Made by a program: the position numbers and the translations under genes. A stretch of DNA of 63,980 bases, the filler included, from Porpidia crustulata (Eukaryota): NCBI GenBank assembly GCA_964255105.1. It is 3 parts of 3 records of this genome, joined end to end, with 100 filler letters (N's around TTAATTAATTAA, not from the genome) between each part and the next. Parts side by side here need not be neighbours in the genome. Positions count along the whole stretch, not along the records: positions 1 to 22,000 come from CAXUWE010000091.1; positions 22,101 to 44,044 come from CAXUWE010000092.1; 1 more part is not named here. The stretch is one strand, 5' to 3'. The notes under the pieces were generated by a model. It did no database searches. It was not told the DNA's origin and worked only from the letters and a program-made list of their open reading frames with translations. Positions 11,315 through 22,829 of the stretch are shown piece by piece (within the stretch, counting starts at the first letter, position 1; each line of letters begins with the position of its first letter).

Positions 11315-12289
11315 GATCTGGACGATGAAGAAGGATGAATTAGCTTATTGAAGTTGAAGAGAACTTATATATGGCAAGATAGCTAGCTGCCTGTCCCTAT
11401 CAAATTACAAGAAACCACGCACCATTGTTTGAAAGTACGGCTTACGCAGACTTACTGTGATTGTTCAAAGGTGTTGTGTCTACAGAAGCAACAACTGGCT
11501 ATGCAGAAGCTTGTCATAGTGATGTTGCGTCACTTCTGCCATGGTCATCTGGCGATTCCGTTCATTCACAGCAGGAAGAAGATTAATGTTTGTTGGAACA
11601 ATTGACGTGTTCACTTCCGTCCTGGCCTGTAAATGCATCAGCTGTGGTTCCCTTTGACTGAAAATTGACGGCCCTGGACGGTCTCTGCTGCCGCGTGGTT
11701 CGCATCACAATTATTTTGAGAATTTAGTGACGAGATGCCAGGAGATATAATTGCTACACTCGCTAGAATTGCTATTGCCTTCTCGTAATTTCCGTAGCTA
11801 CGATCGATGGACAAGTCATGTCTCAGTGTTGTCACGCGAGATACATGATCAAACGAAGGAGCGTTGGAGCTGGAGTAGAGGGTTCAGCGGTCTTTGAAAC
11901 GATGTTGGGTATAAATAAAGCGACCCAAAAAGACATTGCCATTAATCAAACTATTCTGGGACCCGAGAGGAAGTTTCTCCGCGAGGAACTTGAGGCTCTC
12001 GATCCGGTGCTTTTGAAGGTACAAATATGATTGCATTGTTGTACTCAAATCTCTGGTCCCGATTTCAGGGTTTTAACCCGAGCGAACGAAGGAGTAAATA
12101 TATATCCATATCCATAACGAGACCAGACGTTGAGACACGGCAGTACTGTTATTATTTATTATTGTTATCATGATTATTATTATGTATATCTACTCTAGTC
12201 TGGGAAGTCAAATGCAGGCCTAGACTTAATGCAGACATTCAAGTGTATCTACTTCCTGCACCTCACTCAATCAATAATACTCTGTCCTT

Positions 12290-13000
12290 GAGACTGCGAT
12301 TTATCCCATTTTCCCCTCACCAAGTTGGCTCCAGGTTTGTTCCGGCAACCTTTAGTAAGCATCACCCACATCCCAGTAATACTCGTGTGGAGGACCGAGC
12401 TGGTGTAAAATGCTCTCCATCTTCACATCTTGATGAACGATGCCCATTCATGCAATACAGTCAAGCACTGTAACATTTGCGGGAAAACGGGGTCCGCAAT
12501 TGCACACGCATCGATTCCGCTCTCCACCAATGATTCCAAGGGGCCTTCTTTCAGGCTCACGATTATCTCCACCTTCGGTTCGTCTAAGCCTTGTGACGCG
12601 CTATACTCGACGATGTTCGGCTAGCATAGCACAGATATCGGCTTCATGTGTATGAGAGGCTGAAGAAGACTCGCTTACGTGGCTTATCTCAGGAAGAGTC
12701 TCGACTTCACGCTCTAGAGCATAATACAATGATTGCCTCTAATCTTCTTGCTGTGATGCTCTCCTTGATCACTGCAGTACCTTGACGGCCATAAATTTTC
12801 TTGGGTCCACGTTGATAGCTTTGTGTACAATTCCGAACTACCCAGGACCGAGCGCCCCTCCAGCCGACCCTTCCCTCTTCATACTAATGGCAAATTCACA
12901 GGGACCTGCTTTATTCAATTCTATTCGAGATTAACGGAACTGGAGCGGTGTAATACCTCCTTTCATTAACCAGAGTCGCGAGTGACCCGAAAACATAACT
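12290..13000 (-). pseudogene. Degraded Ser/Thr protein kinase (not in ORF track); boundaries approximate
   Basis: Manual translation: LGPG*FGIVHKAINVDPRKFMAVKVLQ*...ALEREVETLPEISH / intron GTAAGC...TAG / PNIVEYSASQGLDEPKVEIIVSLKEGPLESLVESG...QMLQ [frameshift] LDCIA*MGIVHQDVK. Gly-loop, AVK lysine and HxDxK motifs with stops. Confidence 0.75.
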
Positions 13001-13137
13001 CGGCGGTGTCAGCCGTGCAACAAGCAGATGTGACTTGATGCCAGAAGCTACCATTATGCGCCTCAGCAAAGTCGTCTTCTCGGCTTGCTCCCATGCCTCA
13101 CTGCGTTCTTTGCTAGGCAGTGTCAGTTACGTCAAAA

Positions 13138-14841
13138 TTACAACAAGTAAGCTAGAATCCGTAATAGAGGGCAAAGCCAAAATAAAGCAGAAATTCTGCC
13201 AACTTTCCACTGAAATCTATCAGGTGGCTTTCCCACCCGTGTGCTTTGCCGCTGAGCCGAAGGATTGCCGGACTTCCTGGCCATGCTTCCCCCCACCTTA
13301 GTCGCCCGTGTCTCTCGTGCCTCTCCATCCAGGATCATCTTAGCCAGTGTCTCCGTGGCTAAGATCGGCTTTTTGGGGGCGGAATGGCAATGGAAGCGCG
13401 CTCTGGCGCTCCTTGCTGGGGTAGCACCGAGCTCTTGTGTAGCAGGAACTCCACTGGCAATGGGCTGTCCAATGGAGCTCGCGTCAGATGTGTTACGAGT
13501 GGACAGGCTGGGATTCTAAGTATATTTAGGCCTTTTTATAGCCCGCCCTTGAATCGCGAAGTCACGCGGGCTGCGCTCGAGCTGACTCTCGGGTTCCTTG
13601 GCAGTGGGAGTACGTGCCCTACAATTTAAAATCTCGCCATCCTGTCTCTGCCGCTTCGCCTGTCGTCCTTCGCTGGATTCGTCATCCCGGTCGCGTTTGG
13701 ATGTCCGCTTTACTCCGACATATCTTCCAGCTGAGTCGTTCTCAGCCACCTTTACATGGTTCAGCTCGCACTCGATGATAGGAATTTGCTGGAGAATCCA
13801 ACGTAGCAGGATGCTACGCCACGCTGCATCGTCCTTCGCGCTAACGTAGCTGACTGGGGGTAGCTTCACCTTTTCGAGAAACTCGTGAACGAGATCATTG
13901 CGCCGCTTGATCAACTTCAGCGACGTGTTTGCTGCATTCAGCTTAAATTTAGCTGTTGCTCAGCGTTGTTGCAGCGCCTGCTGTGAGAGATGAGAGCGTC
14001 GTGAATCAGAGATGACTCTTTTGATCGAGACTACTCTCAACCTCGCGGCTTTCACATCCTTCTCAGCCTGTTCTTCTTCGCTTCCGCGCTGAAATGCAGA
14101 GTCGACGTCGCAGATGAATTCTTCTGTCTCGAAAGATCTCAAGACTCGAGAATCCACGAGCTCCTTCCACGCTGCTTTATACTGAGATTGAAGACGCTTG
14201 ACGATTCGCATGTTCTTATCGTACAGCCAATACTCGTAATCGAGATATTCTATCCATGTCGTCAACTTGCCCTGTAGATCCGGATTCTTGTCGAGATTGA
14301 AAGATCGCGTGAATCCATGCTTGATCAGACTGCGCTCTACAGTGTTGTTGTATGTAGAAAAGTGACCTTGGTCTCGATTGATTCTTTGATATCCGCGGAA
14401 GTCTTTCCATCTGCAGAGCTATGATCCAAACACCCACCACACCCTGCTACCTTCAGCGTCGCCGTTGTCACGCTGCCAGTACGACACGATCTCACGGAGC
14501 TCTCCAGGATCTTCGAGAATATCACGGCCGAGGCTTGCTGAATGCGAGGGCTGGCCACCTTCCCTGACAAGTGTATTGTAGAATTTCATCTCGTGCTTCA
14601 GATCACGACGATACTCTTCTTCCTCATCTAACAATGACGCTGTCGTCTCCCGGCTTCGAAGTGATGGAGTGGATTCTGTTGTTCCATTCTCAATGTCAAC
14701 GACATGAAGCGAGGGTGGTTTGGAGAGTGCTAGTCTGGCGCCGGACACATGCTGAAGACGTGCTGTGAGGTCGTCGAGATCGATTGGGCGGGAACCTGCT
14801 CTTGCCCTGCCACGGTTGTCAGACAGAGAGAGAAAATACAC
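13138..14841 (-). pseudogene. Hypothetical accessory gene broken by three in-frame stops
   Basis: ORFs 14841-14419, 14265-13960, 13914-13516 and 13338-13138 share one frame, separated by TAG (14419-21), TGA (13960-62) and TAG (13516-18). Read-through is protein-like (RWKDFRGYQ, TTWIEYLDYEYW, LLRWILQQIPIIE). Confidence 0.75.
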
Positions 14842-14989
14842 AAATTGAAAACAAAAGTTATAGAAGGCTTGACACGATAGAGTGATCCCTTACCTCAATC
14901 TATGAAGGAGATCTTCGTGTTTCTTAAAAGTCTCTGGATCTTCAACGTCGATGACTCTGCGTGGCCCTTAGCATGATTTCGAAATTATA

Positions 14990-16749
14990 AACTTCCCGGA
15001 ACCGATCATTGCCACCTCAAATTTGATAATTAGCGACGGTTGATCTTGCGCGACACTTCGAAATGTGGGACCATGGTGGAGTACGACGGCAAAGGGGGAG
15101 AGCTACGCCGCCACTTCCCGTGGATCCTCGGTGGCTGTAGAACCACCCAGGACACCGAAATCATCGTTATCAAAATCCAGGGGATCGCCTTTCAGATCAA
15201 AGTCATCCATCATGATCTGTCTCCAGAGCAGTATAATATCAACGTCGATCGATTCCGTCTCGAGGCAGGCGAATCCCATCTTAATGAGTTCGACATCTAC
15301 GATCCAACTGCACCTCCTAGTCAGTCACGCACCCCTGACCAAGAGCCCCTCCTCCTCAAGCAAGAGACGCTGGGCAAGGGAGCCTTCGCGATTGTGAGGC
15401 GTTATTGGGATGTCAGCACTGGGCATGAGTATGCGTACAAGGAGCCTATCGACAAAAGAAATTTCAGAAAGGAATTGTGGAATAGGGAGATCGAAATCAT
15501 GCGTCGAATCTCACATGTCAGTCGATCAAGTCTGCTTCACTGTCAAGATTCTTTTCATTAATTCTCATTAGAATCATGTCGTTAAACTTATCGATTCGAT
15601 AGAAGAGCCATCGCCTCAATTAGTTCTCGAATATGTCCCGTGCGGAAATCTAGAAGGCGTATCACTAACCATCGAAGAGACCTTGACCGTCCTTTGTCAG
15701 GGATTCTCGGCCTTACAGGATCTTCATGAACGCAGAGATCCAATTGTTCATCAGGACATCAAGCCGGCTAACATTCTTCTTCAAAGTCGCGATCCGCTCC
15801 ATATCAAGCTTACCGACTTTGGTCGTCGCGAGCACAAGTTGATTTGATTACGATATGCGGTACAGCTATGTATCTTGCTCCAGAAGTCTGGCGGGGCAAG
15901 AAGTATACGCCAGTAGTAGATGTCTGGTCCTTTGGTGTGGTTGCCTTCGAGTGCGCCTATGATCTTCCGGATCACGATGAACACGCAGGAAGAGACTGGT
16001 GTCAACTTCTCGTCGATCAGGTCAACGATTGGGACGATAACGACCTTATCAACCTCTTGTCGAATGCTATGGTAGTCATGAACCCTAAGTCGCGAGGTTC
16101 GGCCCGGTATTGCTATCAGGAAGCGTTGCGACTTGTCGCCTCTCAGGAGCGGTCTCTGACTCCGACGCCAAGATCTTATGCCAAAGGAGACGACCTTGCC
16201 GATCCCCACCAGCAGAATTCATGCAGGCAGATTGGTGACACATCGGGATCTTCCCAATGTTCTAGCCAACAAACCAGGTGCGACGCGCCATCTCCACCCT
16301 CCAAAGTGCCCACTATAGTTGTCGATCCCCAGAATGATCTTCAGCGCTAGGAGTCCGCGCCGGGCATAGACTTATTCGGACAAGACTGGCTACAGGATCC
16401 AAATTGCGTCGGATCCTCGGTTGCGGCCATGGGAGAGGATTCATCATCTGGACTGAGCGGCTGGGAAAGTTGGTCTTCAGCTGCATCTGTCCCACGAGCT
16501 GGACCGCAGTCTGTACGCACGCAGGGTGATGGTTTTCCTTTACATGTAGGGCAGGGACTCCTCGCCCAGGATAGTTATGTCTTCGACGCTGGGAATCATT
16601 ACTATAATTATCAAGGGGAGATGGCCGCGGCGCATAGCCGTACTGTCATTGGCGCTGATCACCATGAGCTTGCAGAGACTGCGGGGACCAGCGATGAATA
16701 CTTCGCTGCACGCCTGCTGCAAGGAATGCACGATGAGGGCTGGACTTGA
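14990..16749 (+). pseudogene. Degraded FHA-like + Ser/Thr protein kinase
   Basis: CHLKFDN*RRLILRDTSKCGT (FHA-like), LGKGAFAIV...YAYK, intron about 15517-15571, HQDIKPANILL, DFG followed by a frameshift near 15825, CGTAMYLAPE, DVWSFG; stop at 16348-16350 with the same frame continuing to 16749. Confidence 0.8.
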
Positions 16750-17762
16750 GTGTCACCACATCTTCGAAAGGACAGGTATAAGGGAAGAAGCTTTTGTAAG
16801 CATCAGTCAGGGTGACTGAGTGAAACGATAGTCTTGACTTGCATTGATGATCTATCTAGAACGGCGGAAAATCTATCAATATATTGTCGACACTAGTGCA
16901 TTATTAGCGCCTCCCGCTACTCGCGTTTAGGTACCCCTCAACGCGATAGCTGCCCTAGGGTTAAGGTTATTCTCAATAGTTTGAGCCTAGCCTAGCTATC
17001 CCATCAAGGGGCGAATGCGAGTAACAATACCGAAGCAATTCAAACACCACAGCACTACCTAGGTAGAGTAGACGTATTACACGTATCTACCCCTTAGCCG
17101 GTCATCACACATAGGGTTAGGGCTCAGCATGGTTCTGAGTTTACGGTGACCGGTTGAGGGGTTAAAACTAGTACTTAGGTGACAAAGAACCGTCCCGAGG
17201 CACTAAATCCTGAAGCATCTAGGCCAGGCGGAAGCGAGGAGTCTGGCGACAGTCGACAGACTGTTAGCTGAACTGCTCTAATCGCGAGCAGGCTCTACGT
17301 ATATCTGCAGGTAAGTAGGTAGGTAGAACCCGAGCTCCTGCAGATTCAATAACCATTCGTTTTTGGCGTTGACAAAGCAAGTCTGCGTTGTCAGCTTGAA
17401 CGGTCAATCATTCTAAGTGCTCCTCCGATCTTTCCCTGTTCGCGAGGATAACGCCAGCCGTATTGATTGAACCACCAAAATCCGGAAAAGCAGATGCCAA
17501 CCGGCCTGGTATCTAAAGAGATAGTTGTGCCGGCTTTATCGCAATAAACAACGCACAACCAATGCGGAATATTCGGAAGCAGCGGTCGTGATATGGGCTA
17601 CACTGCGAAATTGCTAAAGGGTCAAGTCGAAGCTTGATGGCTTGTCGCGCGCCTGTATCGTTACAGTGGGCCAGCTTGACCCCAGCGGCTTGGGAGGTTC
17701 GAATTCAAAATTCGTGCTTCTGGAGGTGCCGTCTGTGACTTTACGACTATATCAGCTACAAG

Positions 17763-20700
17763 ATGCGCGTCCCAATTCGAGAGCAGTTGGCCCTGCTTGT
17801 ACTTCTGGCGTCTTTAGTCTCTCTGGCGGTGATAGCAATCGCAACGGTGAGACTATCTTCGGTGCATACTACAACTTTACAAATTCGCTAAATGCCGAGA
17901 TACTAGTGGGTTACCAATTACAATTTTGTGGTCAATATCAGGTGAGCTACTTATCTAGGTGTAGTTCGATGTCTCGTTGGTAGTACTGACAGCTCGTTTT
18001 CTAGATCCTCGAGCCTTTGCCTTACAGCCTCACTATATGCCAACCAGTTAAGCTCGAATCTCGTTCTGCTTCAGTCGAGTGTCCAAGCGATCTCCACCCG
18101 CGTGCTTATTCAGTCTGCCTTGCGAAGCTACAACCTCGGGAACAATACAGACGCCAACTGGGTTCGAACGCAGGGTGATCTACAAAGTGCTCTATCAGGA
18201 TTTGGAACATCCTCTCTCTTATTTCAAGCTCGAATAGTGGCAAAGAACGACACAGGAAGTGGAGGGCCCTATGGTCTAGTAAATGTGACTGGAGCAGATA
18301 TTGAAGGCCGGATCCGCTTGCCTTATCAAACTGCGAATGGAACTTCTGTATACCTTGGCGACAATGGCACCGGGTATCCTTCCAATCTCTACCCAAACCT
18401 AACCTTCACATCAACAGTAGTCAACAGTACTTTCAATACCTCAACCGCTTATTATGATGGGGTCTTGCTCCGCCCCGACTCGACACTGTTATTGGGTCCT
18501 TGGCTAGTCAACGAGTCTTTTGCCCTGATTTCCCTGACATTACCTATCATTAACAACACTTCCTCCTTGGACATATTGGGCTGGATTACTGTAGTAACTA
18601 ATGCCAATCTTGTCTTTGATATTGGAAACTCCCTAGACGGCTTAGGGAAGACTGGCGAGATCCTGATCGTTGGACCCGCGACCTCGAGTAATCGACTTCC
18701 ACCCAGCCTGGTGAACCAAGGCGGTTCCGGTTTCAATAGAACCTTGGCGCAGTCGCAAAATGTACAATTCGTCCTGCCGCCGTTACGGGACTCGGCTCGA
18801 ACCACTCGTCATAAGCCCAGGCTTTACGGTCAGCCCAATACTCCTTTCCCAATGCAAGATTATCCTGCCGTTCTGGATGCTTACACTGTCGTCAACAACG
18901 ACATGAATAATGCGGGGAGCCTCATCAATACCAAAAATGAAGACCATGACCAAGTTTCGGCAGGTTATGCGGTCAGCAACTCCTCTATGGTCGATTGGGT
19001 ATTGATCGTTGAACAGTCATACGGAGAGGTTATGGCACCTATCCATCATCTTCGGAACGTTTTGGTTGCGGCTGTTTTTGGTACATTAGGAGGTATACTC
19101 TTGATCTTGCTTCCTCTTGCACACATCTCTGTTCGCCCTATAAGGAGGCTGCGTGACGCGACAAAAAAGACAGTCGAGCCATACAGATATCCTTCGGATG
19201 ACGGGAGCATTCGGTCCTACGCATCGAATGCTAGGGGTGGTATCGCATCCGAAGAGGCGATCGCTATTGCAAGGAAGGAGGGATTCGTCGAACGAGTACT
19301 TAAGCGGCGGGGCGGGCACCAGGATGGTAGAGACGCGCAGCGAAGAGACCGAGTACGTCGGCATACATTTAGAATACCAGGGAAGGTTCAGGATCGGAAA
19401 CACTTCGTCGAAGATGAGTTAACCGACTTAACTACGACATTCAATGAAATGTCTGAAGAATTGATATTGCAATACGAGCGCCTCGAAGAAAGGGTAAAGG
19501 AGCGGACGCACGAACTCGAGATCAGTAAAAAGGCGGCCGAGGCTGCCAATGAAAGCAAGACTCTCTTCATCGCAAATATATCTCACGAACTCAAGACTCC
19601 TTTAAACGGCATTCTCGGCATGTGTGCTGTGTGTATGCAGGAAGAAGACCAGACGAAAATCAAGCGGTCACTAGGTATCATTTACAAATCAGGCGATCTC
19701 TTGTTGCATCTTCTTACGGATCTCTTGACTTTTTCGAAAAATCAGATAGGACAACAGCTCACACTAGAGGAGAAAGAATTCCGTCTCGCCGACATTAGCT
19801 CTCAAGTACTATCGATCTTTGAGAAACAGGCCAAAGAGGGGGCTATCCACTTGACAGTGGCATTTCAAGGTCCGTCTGAAGCATCTGAGAATCATTCTAG
19901 CGCTCCGCTACAACTGGGTTATGAACTATATGGTACAGGACGGGTGCGCGACATGATGGTCTGGGGAGACCAACATAGAATTCTACAGGTAATTATCAAT
20001 CTTGTGAGTAACAGCCTCAAGTTCACGAAAAAGGGCGGATCAGTGTGTGTTCGAATAAGGTGCGTGGGAGAATCAGAGGAGAAGCCCAGCAGCCGCAAGG
20101 ATTCGGTTCGATCGAAGCTGTCCAAACAACATTCTTCGAGGTCTACAAAGCTACGGGGCCGCTTGGCATCGGGGTCTAATTCCTCAAGCTCCCCAGCACC
20201 AAAGGACACTGAAAGAACTACGTACCCAGAGACTGCGCTTCACATTAATGGCAGCGAGCCGAAGTCAATTCCAGTGCTTCCAGTGCGCGACCGATCTTCA
20301 TCGCCTCCACCATTAAATGCCAGAATCCTAGTGTTTGAGTTCGAGGTCACAGACACAGGCCCTGGTATTCCGGAAAGTCAGCAGCAGCGGGTCTTTGAGC
20401 CTTTTGTCCAGGGAGATCTTGGTCTAAGCAAGAAATACGGTGGAACTGGACTGGGGCTGAGTATTTGCTCGCAACTGGCAGGGCTCATGAAAGGCAACAT
20501 CGTGCTTGAGAGTGAAGTAGGCAAGGGAAGCAAATTCACCATGCGGATTCCCCTTATATTCACCAAGGAACGAGCAGATAGCATCACCAGTTCGAATCTC
20601 AACCTTAACTCCAGACGAAACAGTATCAACGTCGGTCCAATTCAAGATGAGTCGCGAACTCCTGTGAGAAACCGGTCCACATCCGACCTTTCTATCGATT

Positions 20701-21381
20701 CAACGGATGAAAATGAGCCGGTACTAAATGCCTTTGACACTCCAGCAAAGCCTCGTCTAGTAGGCTTAAGCCAGCCCTTTTTCGCGGCAGCGTCCCCACT
20801 GGAGTCGCCCGAGAAACAGCTGGCCGCAATGGAGCAGGCTGCCGCTCAAGCCTCGCGAAGGGGCGATAAGGTCCGCGTGCTAGTGGCAGAAGATAACAAG
20901 GTGAATCAAGAAGTCGTGCTTCGGATGCTCAAACTCGAAGACATCTATGGTATGCGTTTTCACTTTGGATATAGATCTAAATCATTGCTAACAGCGACCA
21001 ACAGACGTGACCGTTGCAAAAGATGGCCAAGAAGCCTTTGAGCTTGTCAAAGAAAGCATGCAGCAATCGCGCCTCTTCAACCTTATTTTCATGGATGTCC
21101 AAATGCCCAACCTCGACGGCCTCCAGTCAACCCGGCTTATCCGTGAAATGGGATACAGCGCCCCCATCGTCGCGCTTACGGCGTTTGCGGAAGAAAGCAA
21201 TGTTAAGGAATGTATGGATTCGGGCATGGATTTCTTCTTGCCGAAACCGATCAGGAGACCGGCGCTCAAGCAGGTGCTGAAGAGGTATTGCGCGACGATC
21301 CCCGAGGCGGCAGAGGAGCATGACGCCACGACGGCGAAGGGGCGGCCGAAGGATGAGGATGCGGTGTCCCCTATGTCGTGA
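17763..21381 (+). CDS. SLN1: Transmembrane hybrid histidine kinase, Sln1/TcsB type; 4 exons
   Basis: [15 protein letters not shown]...(TM1), Asn-rich extracellular region, TM2, HAMP-like segment, H-box [16 protein letters not shown]-box [11 protein letters not shown]1 DTGPGI, G2 GGTGLGLSI, receiver VLVAEDN...IFMDVQMP...KP; last intron about 20950-21004. Confidence 0.92.
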
Positions 21382-22000
21382 TCACCACTCCTGTCCCGGT
21401 CTATGCATTTCCGCAAAAAAGCTAGTTTTTGCGTTCAACATCGCGCTTCGTACATATATTTCCATCCCCGGGGAAGGAAAAAAAATCGAAAGATCTCGGA
21501 GTTCATCTCGGGCGGGGTCATGTGTCCAAGAGTTTTTTTCCCCTGGAGCGTATCTCTCACGACGAACTTCCGGCGTCCTATTATCTGTACAACCAGCGAG
21601 GAAAAGGGAAATTTTGGGGGTGCACCCTGGCGTTTTTTTCGTTTTTCGGTTTTATCCAAAGATGAACGATATTGTCTGGGGCAATAAAAATTTTGTACTA
21701 TCTATCTACGAAGACGGCGGAGGAGAAGGGTCCGTTATATAGAGGAGAAGGACCCAAGAGGGGGGATTTGGGGCAAAATAGTAGAAGTCGGGGTAGCGAT
21801 GAGCATATTCTTAGTAAATGTGAGAGTGTGTGCACATTTGAGCAGGAGAAGCCATGAGGTCCAAGTCGCAGCTCGATCGAATCGGCTCAACGATACATAG
21901 TTTTGAACTCGGGATTCCTATCTAAATGGGTCGAGATCCGTGACTATGATGGCCCCTCGTTCCTTTCGCGTCGTCACACGTCAATGACAATAAAGAACTC

Positions 22001-22100
22001 NNNNNNNNNNNNNNNNNNNNNNNNNNNNNNNNNNNNNNNNNNNNTTAATTAATTAANNNNNNNNNNNNNNNNNNNNNNNNNNNNNNNNNNNNNNNNNNNN
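22001..22100. other. Artificial contig-joining linker (N44-TTAATTAATTAA-N44)
   Basis: Six-frame stop 12-mer at 22045-22056 flanked by 44 Ns each side; identical to the second linker. Confidence 0.97.
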
Positions 22101-22829
22101 CCGCATCCACCCATATTAAAGTCCCTACACACCGAACTCCCACGCCTACCTACCAGCAGCTGCATCTCCCAATAATGAAGCAGCGTCCACGCCTCATATA
22201 TAGAGTCGCGGTTGGTAGGTTGATGAAAGTCGGTGAGCGGTGGAGTGGGCAGCTAGTTCTCGGGCATCACGATTGGGCACATGTGATCCGTTCATCCTAT
22301 ATGAAAACAACTCATATTGACACAGATAGTCACAACTATTATACAATTGGACAACCCATCACCCCTTCTTGAACTCCGTGGACACCCACGCAACGCCTTG
22401 TAACTTCCCGGATGCTTGTGGCAGGCCACTTATATAACGACGATTTTGTGGTTCTTTGGAGGCGTACATTCAGCTATGTAGCATACATGAAAAGTCCGCA
22501 AAAATCATTTTGGGATATTTAGAATCTTTCAGGGAAAACTCGACGTTTATCGTGATATGGGGCTTTTGACGCCCATATCATCTCATGCATGATCAATGGT
22601 GAGCCTAGTGGAGTTACTTGCAAGTCTTGCCAGACCTGTCGCCATCAGGGGTAGTGCTAGCGCTATAATCGTGTTCGGCGGTTTCTATTCTTGGACTCAG
22701 GATCGGACGGCGCTGCTGCAGAGCAGAGTCGGAAACTGGCCCTATTGTCGCCACTGCTAAGGGGCCCGGTGCGTCCAGAGTGGTGAACGAGGTTGATGGA
22801 TTGTGATATGAAACCAGTACACGACTTTT

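Noticed and set aside
12000..17300. Intact Starship or transposon
   Set aside because: No tyrosine recombinase, transposase, helicase or reverse transcriptase motif and no convincing terminal repeats seen.
22045..22056. TTAATTAATTAA as a biological palindrome or target site
   Set aside because: Embedded in symmetric N runs and repeated identically at 44089-44100; an assembly linker.
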